This document shows, one piece after another, positions 55,227 through 64,000 of a DNA stretch of 64,000 bases. Source of the stretch: Candidatus Kaiserbacteria bacterium RIFCSPHIGHO2_01_FULL_53_29 (lineage in GTDB: Bacteria; Patescibacteriota; Minisyncoccia; Phycocordibacterales; UBA2100); the NCBI GenBank assembly GCA_001781125.1, contig MFKT01000029.1, positions 4,040 to 68,039 of the forward strand, written 5' to 3'. The notes below the pieces were generated by a model, which did not search any database, was not told where the DNA came from, and saw only the letters and a program-made list of their open reading frames with translations. Position 1 is the first letter of the stretch. The number at the start of each line of letters is the position of its first letter. The position numbers and the translations under genes were made by a program.

Positions 55227-56444
55227 CTATCGTTTCTTTGGCGTTTTGTCAAGGGTAGCATCCAATCGCTCCAGTGCCACCGAAAAGGCAGCGCGGCGCA
55301 AGTCGGTCTTCAGCTTTGTACTACGTTTCCAGACATTCTTCGCTTCCCGCTCAAGAAGTTTCCGTAGTTTGCCGAGGACTTTCTTTTCGGTCCAATGTTC
55401 GTTCTTGAGATTCTGTTCCCATTCGTAGGTGGACACAACGACTCCGCCGGCGTTGGCGAGAACATCCGGTACGACGTGGATCTCTTTCTTGAACAAAATG
55501 TCATCTGCTTCAGTTGTCGTCGGGCCGTTCGCCATTTCGAGTACAATGTGTGCTTTGATCTTCGCGGCATTACTCTTGGTGATCGCATTCTCAAGAGCAG
55601 CAGGGACAACAATGTCACATGTGAGCTCGAGTAGTTTCTCGTTGCTGATATTTTTAGTTCCCGGAAATCCTTCGAGGCTACCGTTTTTCTTTTTGTAGGT
55701 TTCCGCAGCATCCGGATCTAAGCCTTTTTCAGTGTAAATACCACCTTTAGAATCCGAGAGACCGATGATCTTGAACCCTTCGGCGACCAAGTTCCTCGCG
55801 AGAAAACTTCCAACATTGCCGAAGCCTTGTATGGCAACGGTCAGTTGGCTCGGCTTTTTCCTGGTGAGATGCGGAAGGAGCGCCATTAATACGTACATGC
55901 CCCCGATGCCTGTCGATTCGCTTCGTCCTTCCGAGCCGCCCTGATCAAGCGGTTTTCCCGTCGCAACCGCTGGAGTTGCTTTGCCGACGATCTTGGAATA
56001 CTCGTCAGCAATCAATCCCATGATGGTCGCGTTGGTTCCGACGTCCGGTCCGGGAACATCTCTTTGGGGCCCCAGAACGGGAGCGAGCTTGCGGACAAAC
56101 CCGCGCGTGAGGCGTTCCAATTCTTTTATAGAAAGTTCCTTGGGGTCTACTGTAACGCCGCCCTTACCACCTCCCATCGGTATCCCCGCGACTGCGCATT
56201 TCATCGTCATCCAGAATGCGAGCGCGCGTACTTCATTGATGTCAGCATCGGGGTGATAACGTACTCCGCCTTTGTAGGGACCGCGCAGGGACGAGTATTG
56301 GACACGATAGCCTTCGAATACCTTGAGCGAGCCGTCGTCCATCCTGACCGGTATCGAGACCTTCACTTCCCGCTCGGGTGCCGAGAGGCGCACTCGCAAA
56401 TCGTCAGATATTTTTTGCACCGCGGTCGCTCGCGTAAGTTGCAT
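55227..56444 (-). CDS. gdhA: NAD(P)-dependent glutamate dehydrogenase
   Basis: K-box GGGKGG, Rossmann GFGNVG; ELFV dehydrogenase family. Confidence 0.9.
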   Translation of the reverse strand: MQLTRATAVQKISDDLRVRLSAPEREVKVSIPVRMDDGSLKVFEGYRVQYSSLRGPYKGGVRYHPDADINEVRALAFWMTMKCAVAGIPMGGGKGGVTVDPKELSIKELERLTRGFVRKLAPVLGPQRDVPGPDVGTNATIMGLIADEYSKIVGKATPAVATGKPLDQGGSEGRSESTGIGGMYVLMALLPHLTRKKPSQLTVAIQGFGNVGSFLARNLVAEGFKIIGLSDSKGGIYTEKGLDPDAAETYKKKNGSLEGFPGTKNISNEKLLELTCDIVVPAALENAITKSNAAKIKAHIVLEMANGPTTTEADDILFKKEIHVVPDVLANAGGVVVSTYEWEQNLKNEHWTEKKVLGKLRKLLEREAKNVWKRSTKLKTDLRRAAFSVALERLDATLDKTPKKR

Positions 56445-56493
56445 CTGTGCCTGCTCGTATGGATTCACGCGCACGAGTATACAGGACAATTGC

Positions 56494-58161
56494 CTAAATC
56501 GACAAATTCACCGTCACGTAGTTTGTCACGTGCGAACCGTCGGGCGCCAGACACGAAATCGTAAAGACGGTTGTGCTCGTGAGAGCCACTGTGGCAGCGC
56601 CGCCTGAAAGCGACGATTGGTTGAAGCTGCCGTCAGGAGAGGTTTCGGTGCAGTTGGTAACGCCTTTTGTACTCCAAAAGATCGAGGTGCGTGCGCCAAG
56701 CGGGACAGAAGCAGGCACTGCCCAGATGTCTACTTTCGGCGTGACCGCAGGAGTTGTCGTTGCCGCCGGCGCAGGTACTGTGGGAGTAGGCTGCTTTCGT
56801 ACTGGAGTCTGTTGGAGAACAGGTTTTTGCGGCACAGGGGCGGGAGGTGGAGGCGGGGTGCCGACAGGATAGCCGCGCCATGAGCAAAGTCCGTCGAAGA
56901 AAGACGGGGTGACGATCTTTGAGAGGAAATTAGTTGCCCATGGACGCGCCCGGCACCACTGCCCGACGATTCCCTGAGGCTGCGCGCCACCGAACGCATC
57001 AGTACCGTAGAAACCCGCGACTTCGATGTTGTTTTGTATATCACGCGTACCGGCTATCACGGTCGCACCTCTGTCCGTCGCCAAAATATCGCCTCGAGCC
57101 CCACCCTGCGGGGGCGCACTACTGTACACGTACGTCGACGTTGCAAAAACGATACGGGGATTTTTCGTGGTATCGAGCACCGGAGTTGTGTCGGCAACTT
57201 CCGCGTTCGTGGGAGCTGGCACGACGCTGCCTGATGAGACGGAAACACTAGGAGCGATCGTACCGGTGAAAGAACTGCCGGTCAAAGAGAGGCCAGTGTC
57301 GCCCGACGAAACACCATTACTGACTGAAGTCTCGGCATTGGTCGACGCCCCGACGCCGACAGCGCTGGGCGCGCCGGAAAGAATGGGTGAGCCGCCTGTG
57401 AGGCTTGAGCCTCCCGTAAGAGAGTTCGTATTCGCGAACGGATTCAGATCGGCGCTCGTATTTGTATTCGCTGCTGTGTTCAGAGCTGGATTCGTGTTCG
57501 CGGCCGGATTTATTGCTCCGCTCAGATCGGGAGATTGCGTGCCCCCTAAGAGCGAACCGAGGATGCTGTTCGAGCCACCCAAACCGGTGAGCCCCCCAAG
57601 GGGATTTGTTGTCGGCGCCACATACTGGGCACAGGGATTTCCGTTGATCTGCGAGATATCGGATGTTTGGAACGTTTGCGTGCAGCCTTGGGCGCCTGTC
57701 GGTGGTTGCGGTGGTTGTTTCTGGTCGTCTTTCTTGCTTTGCTGCATGAGCTTGCCCACAAGATCGCCCAAGGCTTTCATGAGCTGATCCATGCCGGCTG
57801 CATTTCCTCCCTTACCTTTCTCGTCGGTGAACGAAACTCCCTTGCACGTATTAGTATGCGAGCAAAAGCCTGTTACGCCCCGCGGATCCTTACAAGGACA
57901 CAGCCACGCACTTTTTGTCGGCGCATCGCATTTCTTCGTTTTGGGGTTGAAGTCAGGTCCGCAAGGACATGGCGCTTCAGCTTTGGGCACACACGCCAAG
58001 TCAGCCGTTTTTGGATTTGCCCAATTAAGTCCCTTTGCGGCCGCTTCAGGCAGTCCAGCCTGAATTGCGCCCTGCATCGCAGTTTGCGCATTCGTGTGAG
58101 TTGGAAATATAAACAAAACCGCAACAAGAACCACAGCAAAGGAGATTCGCCGACTCACCAT
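56494..58161 (-). CDS. hypothetical secreted protein, Cys-rich N-domain, Ser/Thr/Gly/Asn low-complexity middle, Pro-rich linker
   Basis: cleavable signal peptide (...THTNA-QT); no catalytic motif. Confidence 0.5.
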   Translation of the reverse strand: MVSRRISFAVVLVAVLFIFPTHTNAQTAMQGAIQAGLPEAAAKGLNWANPKTADLACVPKAEAPCPCGPDFNPKTKKCDAPTKSAWLCPCKDPRGVTGFCSHTNTCKGVSFTDEKGKGGNAAGMDQLMKALGDLVGKLMQQSKKDDQKQPPQPPTGAQGCTQTFQTSDISQINGNPCAQYVAPTTNPLGGLTGLGGSNSILGSLLGGTQSPDLSGAINPAANTNPALNTAANTNTSADLNPFANTNSLTGGSSLTGGSPILSGAPSAVGVGASTNAETSVSNGVSSGDTGLSLTGSSFTGTIAPSVSVSSGSVVPAPTNAEVADTTPVLDTTKNPRIVFATSTYVYSSAPPQGGARGDILATDRGATVIAGTRDIQNNIEVAGFYGTDAFGGAQPQGIVGQWCRARPWATNFLSKIVTPSFFDGLCSWRGYPVGTPPPPPAPVPQKPVLQQTPVRKQPTPTVPAPAATTTPAVTPKVDIWAVPASVPLGARTSIFWSTKGVTNCTETSPDGSFNQSSLSGGAATVALTSTTVFTISCLAPDGSHVTNYVTVNLSI

Positions 58162-58176
58162 ATCAGCTCTATGATA

Positions 58177-58821
58177 TCACACTGCTGTCAACACAAACCG
58201 CTCAAGCGTATACTCTAATTCTTCTCCGCGGCGGCGGGCTTCATGAGGAAGTTCGGCGAGGCGGGCGATGAGTTCAGCCCCTCGACGTTGCTCGGGGCTC
58301 CTCGCTTTCGCTCGGAGCAGCATGTCCTTGGCACCCCAAAAAAGCACACCGTGGATAGCTTCGGGAGCAGAATCCCCCGCAAGTTGGCGCTGATATCCGA
58401 CCCAGAGCGCTTTCTTGTCGCCGCGCTTCAGAGCATTGGCGAGTGCGAAAATGCCTCCTTCTTTTTTCTTGGCTGATGCATCGAAACGCTCGGATTTTTC
58501 CGCATATTTTTCTATCTGCTTGCGCGCCGCCGCATCAGGCTTTTCTTCGAGAATAAAAAACGCGTCGGGAGATCCTTTCATCGCAGAAAGGGACCTGAGA
58601 GCGAGCGTTTTCATTTCTTCATTCGCACACACACCATCGAGCACAACCGTGTGCGATGTATCGAACATGCCGCCGCCTTGAAGCGCCGAGGTAAGATCGG
58701 CAAGCGCATTTGCATCGCTGATCCGAACAACTTGTGTCCCCTTTCCCGAAAGTTTCTTTATTGCCGCATCCATCGCCCCGCGCGCTTTTTTTCTGTCGGT
58801 TCCGACGTAGAAGTAGAGCAT
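58177..58821 (-). CDS. holA: DNA polymerase III delta subunit-like protein (short)
   Basis: N-terminal MLYFYVGTDRKKARGAMDAAIKKL resembles HolA start; immediately downstream of polA. Confidence 0.45.
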   Translation of the reverse strand: MLYFYVGTDRKKARGAMDAAIKKLSGKGTQVVRISDANALADLTSALQGGGMFDTSHTVVLDGVCANEEMKTLALRSLSAMKGSPDAFFILEEKPDAAARKQIEKYAEKSERFDASAKKKEGGIFALANALKRGDKKALWVGYQRQLAGDSAPEAIHGVLFWGAKDMLLRAKARSPEQRRGAELIARLAELPHEARRRGEELEYTLERFVLTAV

Positions 58822-58823
58822 GG

Positions 58824-61223
58824 TTATCGAGGTATTTTCTTCACTTCTCCCCAATTCTGCCCTATCGAGACTTCTACGACAATAGGAACTCCCGAGAGCT
58901 CGTCTGCCGAGACGACCGATTCCATAACATGTCGGATTTTTTGTGCTGCTTCTTCTGCGATCTTTTCATCAAGTTCGTATACGAGTTCGTCGTGGACTTG
59001 CAACACAAGCTCCGCCCTCCCCCGCCAGCCTTCTTTTTCTATGAGCGAATCCGCCTCAACCATCGCGAGCTTGATGATGTCGGACTGTGTCCCTTGTATC
59101 GGTGCGTTTATCGCCATGCGCTCGGCTTGTGCGCGCAATCCTGGGATCGAGGATTGGAAACCCGAAAAATAGCGGCGGCGGCCAAAGAGTGTCTCTGTGT
59201 AGCCTTTGAGGGCCGCTTCGGCTTTCGTGTGCTCGATGTAGCGCGCAAGACCGGAGAAATTCTTGAAATACTCGGAGAGGAATTGTGCCGCTTCGTCACG
59301 CGGGACAGTCTCGCCTAAGTTCGCGCGCAGCGCGTTTACGCCCATCCCGTAGAGAATGCCGAAATTAATAACCTTCGCACGCCGGCGCATTTCATGATCC
59401 ACTAACTCCCCCGGCACATTGAATACTTCTGCAGCCACGGCAGCGTGTACATCTCCCCCGCTTTGGAATACATGTATCAACTTCTCATCAGCCGAAAGCC
59501 CCGCCGCGATGCGAAGCTCTATCTGTGAATAGTCGAGTGCTGCGAGCACGCGCCCCTTCGGAGCCGAAAAAGCGGAGCGTATCCGCCGACCCAGCTCGGT
59601 CTTGATAGGAATATTCTGTAAGTTCGGATTCTGGCACCCCATGCGACCCGTCACCGTGCCGGTCTGCAAGAATTCTGCGCGCAAGCGGCTGTCGGCGCCG
59701 AGCAGTGCCGGCATTTTGTCGATGTAGGTGGAGAGAAGTTTTTGAAGTTCCCGATACGCGAGGATGTCTGCAATGATCGGGTGCAGCCGAGAAAGCTTTT
59801 CGAGTTCACTTTCTTTTGTCGTACGCGCGCCGCCCGCTGTTTTCTTCTGACGCACCGGATTTATTTTCAATTCGTCATACAGAACAACACCGAGCTGTTT
59901 TGGCGAGTTGATATTGAATTCGTGGCCCGCGTGTGTGTATATCTTGCCCGCAAGACGCCCGAGTTCTGTGCGATATTCTTTTGCAAGCTCCTTCAAATGC
60001 GATGCATCGATGTAGACCCCTGCTGCATTCATACGCTGCACGATGGGGATGAGCGGCTTTTCTATCTTTTCATATACATCATTGAGACGACCAGTTGTTC
60101 GGATTTCCTGAAAGATATTTTCTCGCGCTTTCTCGAAATCTTCCGTCTTCGCTTCCCGCAAAATATCTTCAAGCGTGGGGTTCGTTGTGTCGGAGTGCAA
60201 AAGCCAGAGCGCCACCGATGTTTCGCGAAGCGCCTCCGCGTCGACATGCTGCTTTTCTTGTTCGGGAGCGATTGTTTCATCCATCTTTGAGCCGACGAGC
60301 CTGCCGACGCGTTCTTTCAATGACTTGAATTCCAATTCGTCGCACAGCGCTTGAATGGTCTCTGTGTGGTCGGTAAGATGCCAGTGTTGCCGTGGCAATT
60401 CAAAGGAAATCGGAACGTTCGGATGTATCGTCGCAAGTGTTTTCGAGAACGCCGCATCCGCCTTGCCCTCTTTTAGTAGTTCGACGATACGCGGTCTCAC
60501 TTTTTTTGCGAACGATTCCGAGTCGCTTTCAAGGGCCGCATAGATATCATCAAGCGAGCCGAATTCTTTGATAAGTTCTGTTGCCGTCTTCTCACCGATG
60601 CCTCTGATGCCGGGAATATTATCCGACGGATCACCGCGCAGCGCTTTGTAATCAACAACGCGCTCGGGCCCGAAGCCATATCGCTCGTGCACCGCATCAG
60701 TGTCGTAGATAACAGTGTCGTTCATTCCCTTGCGCATGGTGAAAACGCGCACACGATCAGAGACCAACTGCAGGGTATCCATATCCCCCGATGCAATGAT
60801 GGTCTCGATATCACGGCGTGCCGAAACTTCGCGCACGATCGTCCCTACCACGTCATCGGCCTCAAATCCTGCATGGCTGTACATCGGAATGCCGAACGCT
60901 TCGAAGATCTTTGGTGCGCGCTCAAGTTGTGCCACAAGTTCGTCCTCGGTTTTCACGCGCGTCGCTTTGTATGTCTCAAAGAGCTCGTGCCGATATGTGG
61001 CTCCCGGCAAATCGCGCGCCGCGACGAGATAATCTGGCTTGAGCGTCTCGACGATCTTGAGAAGCATGGTGATAAGCCCGTACAAGGCGCCCGTCGGCTC
61101 TCCGCTGCTCGATGAAAAATCCGGCAGCGCGTGGTATGCGCGATGGATTATCGCGTGCGAATCCAAGAGCACGAGTTGCAGAGGTTTCTCTCCCTCTTTT
61201 TCTTCAGATTTTTTCTTCGCCAT
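58824..61223 (-). CDS. polA: DNA polymerase I (5'-3' exonuclease + polymerase; reduced 3'-5' exo region)
   Basis: 5'-nuclease motifs, motif A DYSQIELR, motif B RRRAKVINFGILYG, motif C VHDEL. Confidence 0.9.
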   Translation of the reverse strand: MAKKKSEEKEGEKPLQLVLLDSHAIIHRAYHALPDFSSSSGEPTGALYGLITMLLKIVETLKPDYLVAARDLPGATYRHELFETYKATRVKTEDELVAQLERAPKIFEAFGIPMYSHAGFEADDVVGTIVREVSARRDIETIIASGDMDTLQLVSDRVRVFTMRKGMNDTVIYDTDAVHERYGFGPERVVDYKALRGDPSDNIPGIRGIGEKTATELIKEFGSLDDIYAALESDSESFAKKVRPRIVELLKEGKADAAFSKTLATIHPNVPISFELPRQHWHLTDHTETIQALCDELEFKSLKERVGRLVGSKMDETIAPEQEKQHVDAEALRETSVALWLLHSDTTNPTLEDILREAKTEDFEKARENIFQEIRTTGRLNDVYEKIEKPLIPIVQRMNAAGVYIDASHLKELAKEYRTELGRLAGKIYTHAGHEFNINSPKQLGVVLYDELKINPVRQKKTAGGARTTKESELEKLSRLHPIIADILAYRELQKLLSTYIDKMPALLGADSRLRAEFLQTGTVTGRMGCQNPNLQNIPIKTELGRRIRSAFSAPKGRVLAALDYSQIELRIAAGLSADEKLIHVFQSGGDVHAAVAAEVFNVPGELVDHEMRRRAKVINFGILYGMGVNALRANLGETVPRDEAAQFLSEYFKNFSGLARYIEHTKAEAALKGYTETLFGRRRYFSGFQSSIPGLRAQAERMAINAPIQGTQSDIIKLAMVEADSLIEKEGWRGRAELVLQVHDELVYELDEKIAEEAAQKIRHVMESVVSADELSGVPIVVEVSIGQNWGEVKKIPR

Positions 61224-61656
61224 ATTCGTTAATCAGAGTGATGATACGCCCGTCATCCACAATGTCGAATCTGATATTAGTGGCGTGTGGCGGGATCGCA
61301 CCCACTACCCGCTCGGGCCACTCCAGAACAATGAGATTCCCCGAATCCTGAAGCAGCTTTTCCCAACCTAACACCTCAAGCTCGTGTGCGCTTTTCAAGC
61401 GATATGCATCAATATGAATTAAACGCTGAAATTTCTGTCCTTCGAGCTTATATATCTTTTCGAGCACAAAAGTCGGGCTCGTCACCACTTCCTCAACTCC
61501 GAGAGCCTTCGCGATTCCCTGCGCAAAAGTGGTCTTCCCCGCACCGAGCTCACCGGAAAGCGTTGCGACCACGGCTTGTTGCCGAGGCTGCAGATGAGAA
61601 ACAAATTCTGCCGCATGAGCCTGCAATTCTTCAGCTGAATTGGAACGAAGTTCCAT
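61204..61656 (-). CDS. tsaE: tRNA threonylcarbamoyladenosine biosynthesis ATPase TsaE
   Basis: Walker A LSGELGAGKTTFAQG, TSPTF motif. Confidence 0.8.
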   Translation of the reverse strand: MELRSNSAEELQAHAAEFVSHLQPRQQAVVATLSGELGAGKTTFAQGIAKALGVEEVVTSPTFVLEKIYKLEGQKFQRLIHIDAYRLKSAHELEVLGWEKLLQDSGNLIVLEWPERVVGAIPPHATNIRFDIVDDGRIITLINEYGEEKI

Positions 61657-61694
61657 ATGCAGAGTGTACCAAAGGCGCGCTGAGATACGTTACA

Positions 61695-63401
61695 ATGGTG
61701 GGAATGGCTACTCAGTTCAATGAGAAGAAGCAGGATGAGCGACTGCATGACCTGCGCGGGCGCGAGGAAGAGCAGCTCGCTGAAATGCTGTCGGGCAAAT
61801 ACGGCGTCGAGTACGCCGATCTCACATCCAAGGCGATCGACACCGATGCGCTGCGGCTCGTCGAAGAAAAGATCGCGCGTGCAGCGGAAGTGGCAGCCTT
61901 TCACAAGGTCAACAAAAATCTTTTTCTCGCGATGCGCTCCCCCGAGCGCCCCGATGCCGTGCAGGTGATACAGAATCTGGAGCACTTGGGCTACGAGGTG
62001 CGCCGCTTCATCGTATCGCGTGCATCGCTCGATCACGCATGGGATCGCTACCACGACATTTCCTACGCGACCGAGACAGAGGCCGGTATCTTGACGCTCT
62101 CCAACAAAACCATTCAGGAGATGCTGCAAAAATTGAAGAAGCTCGAAGATGTGCGGCTCGAGATCCAATCGCACGCAGGTTCTAAAGACACGCACCGCAT
62201 CTCGCGCGTGCTGGAGATCATCATGGGGGGTGCCTTATCCTTGGGCGCATCCGACATTCACCTGGAGCCCGAGGAAGAGGCCGTGCGCATGCGCTATCGC
62301 CTGGACGGCGTCTTGATAGAGGCCACGATGTTCGATGCTCCGACCTATGCGCTCATCTCGTCGCGCATCAAATTACTCTCCGGTCTCAAACTCAACATAA
62401 AAAGCGCAGCACAAGACGGCCGCTTCTCAATTGTCGTCAACGAAAAAGAGATCGAGATACGCACAAGCGTCCTCCCCGGTGCCTACGCCGAGACGATCGT
62501 CATGCGTGTCTTGGATCCGACGACGATCGCGCTTCCCATGGAAGCGCTCGGCTTCGACAAATACCTCATGGAAATATTCAATAAGGAAATTGCGAAACCC
62601 AACGGCATGATATTGAACACCGGTCCGACGGGCTCCGGGAAGACGACGACTCTCTATGCTTTCTTGCGGCAGGTGCACAATCCGGGAATAAAGATAGTGA
62701 CTATCGAAGACCCGATAGAGTATCACTTGCCGGGTATCGTGCAGACGCAAGTGTCCAAGGACTATTCTTTCGCGCTTGGGCTCCGCTCGACACTGCGCCA
62801 AGACCCGGATGTCATCATGGTCGGCGAGATCCGTGATGCTGAAGTGGCATCAACCGCCGTGCACGCATCGCTCACCGGTCACCTCGTATTCTCGACACTC
62901 CACACCAACGATGCCGCCGGTACTTTCCCCCGCCTTATCGACATGGGCGTGAATGCCGACATCCTGGGCGCGGCGGTCACGGTGGCAATGGCACAACGCC
63001 TCGTGCGCCGCTTATGTCCGCACTGCCGCGTCTCGCAGCCCTTGAGCGCAGAAGATAAAAAACTGATGGAGCCGCTTCTGCGCAACATTCCCCACGCCGA
63101 TGAATTGCCCGCCAATCGCGACACGATGTGGCTACCCAAGGGCTGCGAGAAATGCGGCGGGCTCGGATACAAAGGCCGCATCGCGGTCGTCGAGGTCGTG
63201 CTCATGGATCACGAGATCGAAGATTGTGTACGACACACCTCAAGCGAGCGCGACATTTGGAAAGCGGCGACGCACCAAAAGATCCGGCGCATGGGACAAG
63301 ATGGTATCGTGAAAGTATTGCAGGGCGTGACCTCGCTCGAAGAACTCGGTCGCGTTGTTGACCTACATGACGAAGTCATGTTGGAAACTATCGGTAACTA
63401 A
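61695..63401 (+). CDS. pilB: type IV pilus assembly ATPase PilB (GspE family)
   Basis: Walker A GPTGSGKTT, Asp box, His box, tetracysteine CPHC...CEKC; ORF 61386.. trimmed to Met after tsaE. Confidence 0.85.
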   Translation: MVGMATQFNEKKQDERLHDLRGREEEQLAEMLSGKYGVEYADLTSKAIDTDALRLVEEKIARAAEVAAFHKVNKNLFLAMRSPERPDAVQVIQNLEHLGYEVRRFIVSRASLDHAWDRYHDISYATETEAGILTLSNKTIQEMLQKLKKLEDVRLEIQSHAGSKDTHRISRVLEIIMGGALSLGASDIHLEPEEEAVRMRYRLDGVLIEATMFDAPTYALISSRIKLLSGLKLNIKSAAQDGRFSIVVNEKEIEIRTSVLPGAYAETIVMRVLDPTTIALPMEALGFDKYLMEIFNKEIAKPNGMILNTGPTGSGKTTTLYAFLRQVHNPGIKIVTIEDPIEYHLPGIVQTQVSKDYSFALGLRSTLRQDPDVIMVGEIRDAEVASTAVHASLTGHLVFSTLHTNDAAGTFPRLIDMGVNADILGAAVTVAMAQRLVRRLCPHCRVSQPLSAEDKKLMEPLLRNIPHADELPANRDTMWLPKGCEKCGGLGYKGRIAVVEVVLMDHEIEDCVRHTSSERDIWKAATHQKIRRMGQDGIVKVLQGVTSLEELGRVVDLHDEVMLETIGN

Positions 63402-63902
63402 GACGCTTTCACAGCATAAAACCCGATTATGTGATTGCAAACGAGCCTGCCCCGTTAGAAATATACTCTCACAATTTACGACACATCAATTGCCAAGAAG
63501 AAACATTCTCTGCGCAGTGGAAAAACGCTTCCTAATTTCTTTTGGGGTGCTATCGTTCAAACAGGAAGGGCTTGCCCTTCGAAGTTTTAGCGAAGAAGGG
63601 AGGTGCACACTATCGGGCGATGCTTTTGTAAAAAAGTTGCAACCAGGCCCTGAGGATGGCGGCAGCCGTCCCGCCAAGGCGGGAAACCGCCGCGTCCTTG
63701 GAAAAGTTACCATCGCCCGATACTGTGCATCTCTATGAAAGGCTTGCCGATGCCACGGGTGTGGCGGGCAGAGAAAAAGCGCAAACAGCGCTTTCTGACA
63801 GAGAGTATAGCATATTAGAATGAATTGTCAACCCCATTAGAGAGCTCCGAAGTTTGCCTCTAACGGGGCATGGCCACCTCAATTCGATCCATATTGGATC
63901 CA

Positions 63903-64000
63903 GATGAGCAAAAATATGACAGACAAAGATAAAGAAGCAATAGAAAAGTCCCCCCGCTCCCTCGATCAGGCGCTCCGTCCTGCTGATTGGAAAGAGTATG
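63903..64000 (+). CDS. 5' end of an unidentified gene (MSKNMTDKDKEAIEKSPRSLDQ...), partial at window edge
   Basis: open frame to window end; too short to classify. Confidence 0.25.

Noticed and set aside
63355-63738. 127-aa plus-strand ORF and 75-aa minus-strand ORF 63486..63713 after pilB
   Set aside because: The first overlaps the pilB 3' end out of frame; both have Arg/Ser/Pro-rich composition typical of GC-rich non-coding sequence, and the region is better explained as structured RNA.
63940-64000. RNase P RNA P4-like motif GAAAAGTCCCCCCGCTCCC at the window edge
   Set aside because: It only loosely resembles AGGAAAGUCCGGGCUCC, lies inside a plausible protein start (MSKNMTDKDKEAIEKSP), and the window ends before any other RNase P elements could be checked.

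Overview
The window is a dense bacterial chromosomal segment (~55% GC), mostly on the minus strand. Gene content resembles a small-genome, pilus-bearing lineage, which is an inference from the mix of genes described below.

Housekeeping genes include four aminoacyl-tRNA synthetases (metG, glyQS, ileS, argS), the secE-nusG-rplK cluster, rplS, rpsT, recO, ruvA, ruvX, polA, a small holA-like gene, tsaE, a TrmH/SpoU methyltransferase, a Mur ligase, and a proA-proC-proB operon next to a glutamate dehydrogenase. There are eight tRNA genes: His, Leu, Val, Arg(TCT), Ser, Arg(GCG), Lys, plus one read from a minus-strand anticodon.

A type IV pilus set is present: pilM with pilN/O-like genes, a pilB ATPase and a prepilin. 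Other genes include a sensor histidine kinase with a Cache-like sensor and a tandem-REC regulator, two HNH endonuclease paralogs each directly upstream of a tRNA, a MazF-type toxin-antitoxin pair, and two very large paralogous secreted proteins. One giant protein has a PKD domain; the other ends in a type-1 copper cupredoxin domain.

The most unusual sequence-level signals are these:
- A conserved imperfect inverted-repeat hairpin occurs twice. One copy (37538..37948) carries a four-helix-bundle (23S rRNA intervening-sequence protein family) gene in its loop. The other copy (50719..50791) is empty.
- A palindrome family (TTAGAGGC-nnn-GCCTCTAA core) is inserted in-frame in two coding sequences. 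A third, split copy brackets a ~400 bp structured non-coding insert.
- A T-box-like antiterminator/terminator leader with a candidate Pro specifier lies upstream of proA.
- A poly-C(9) tract lies near the 5' end of one giant surface-protein gene.
- An array of three hairpins sharing a TGG loop lies downstream of argS.

No CRISPR array, rRNA gene or transposase was seen.
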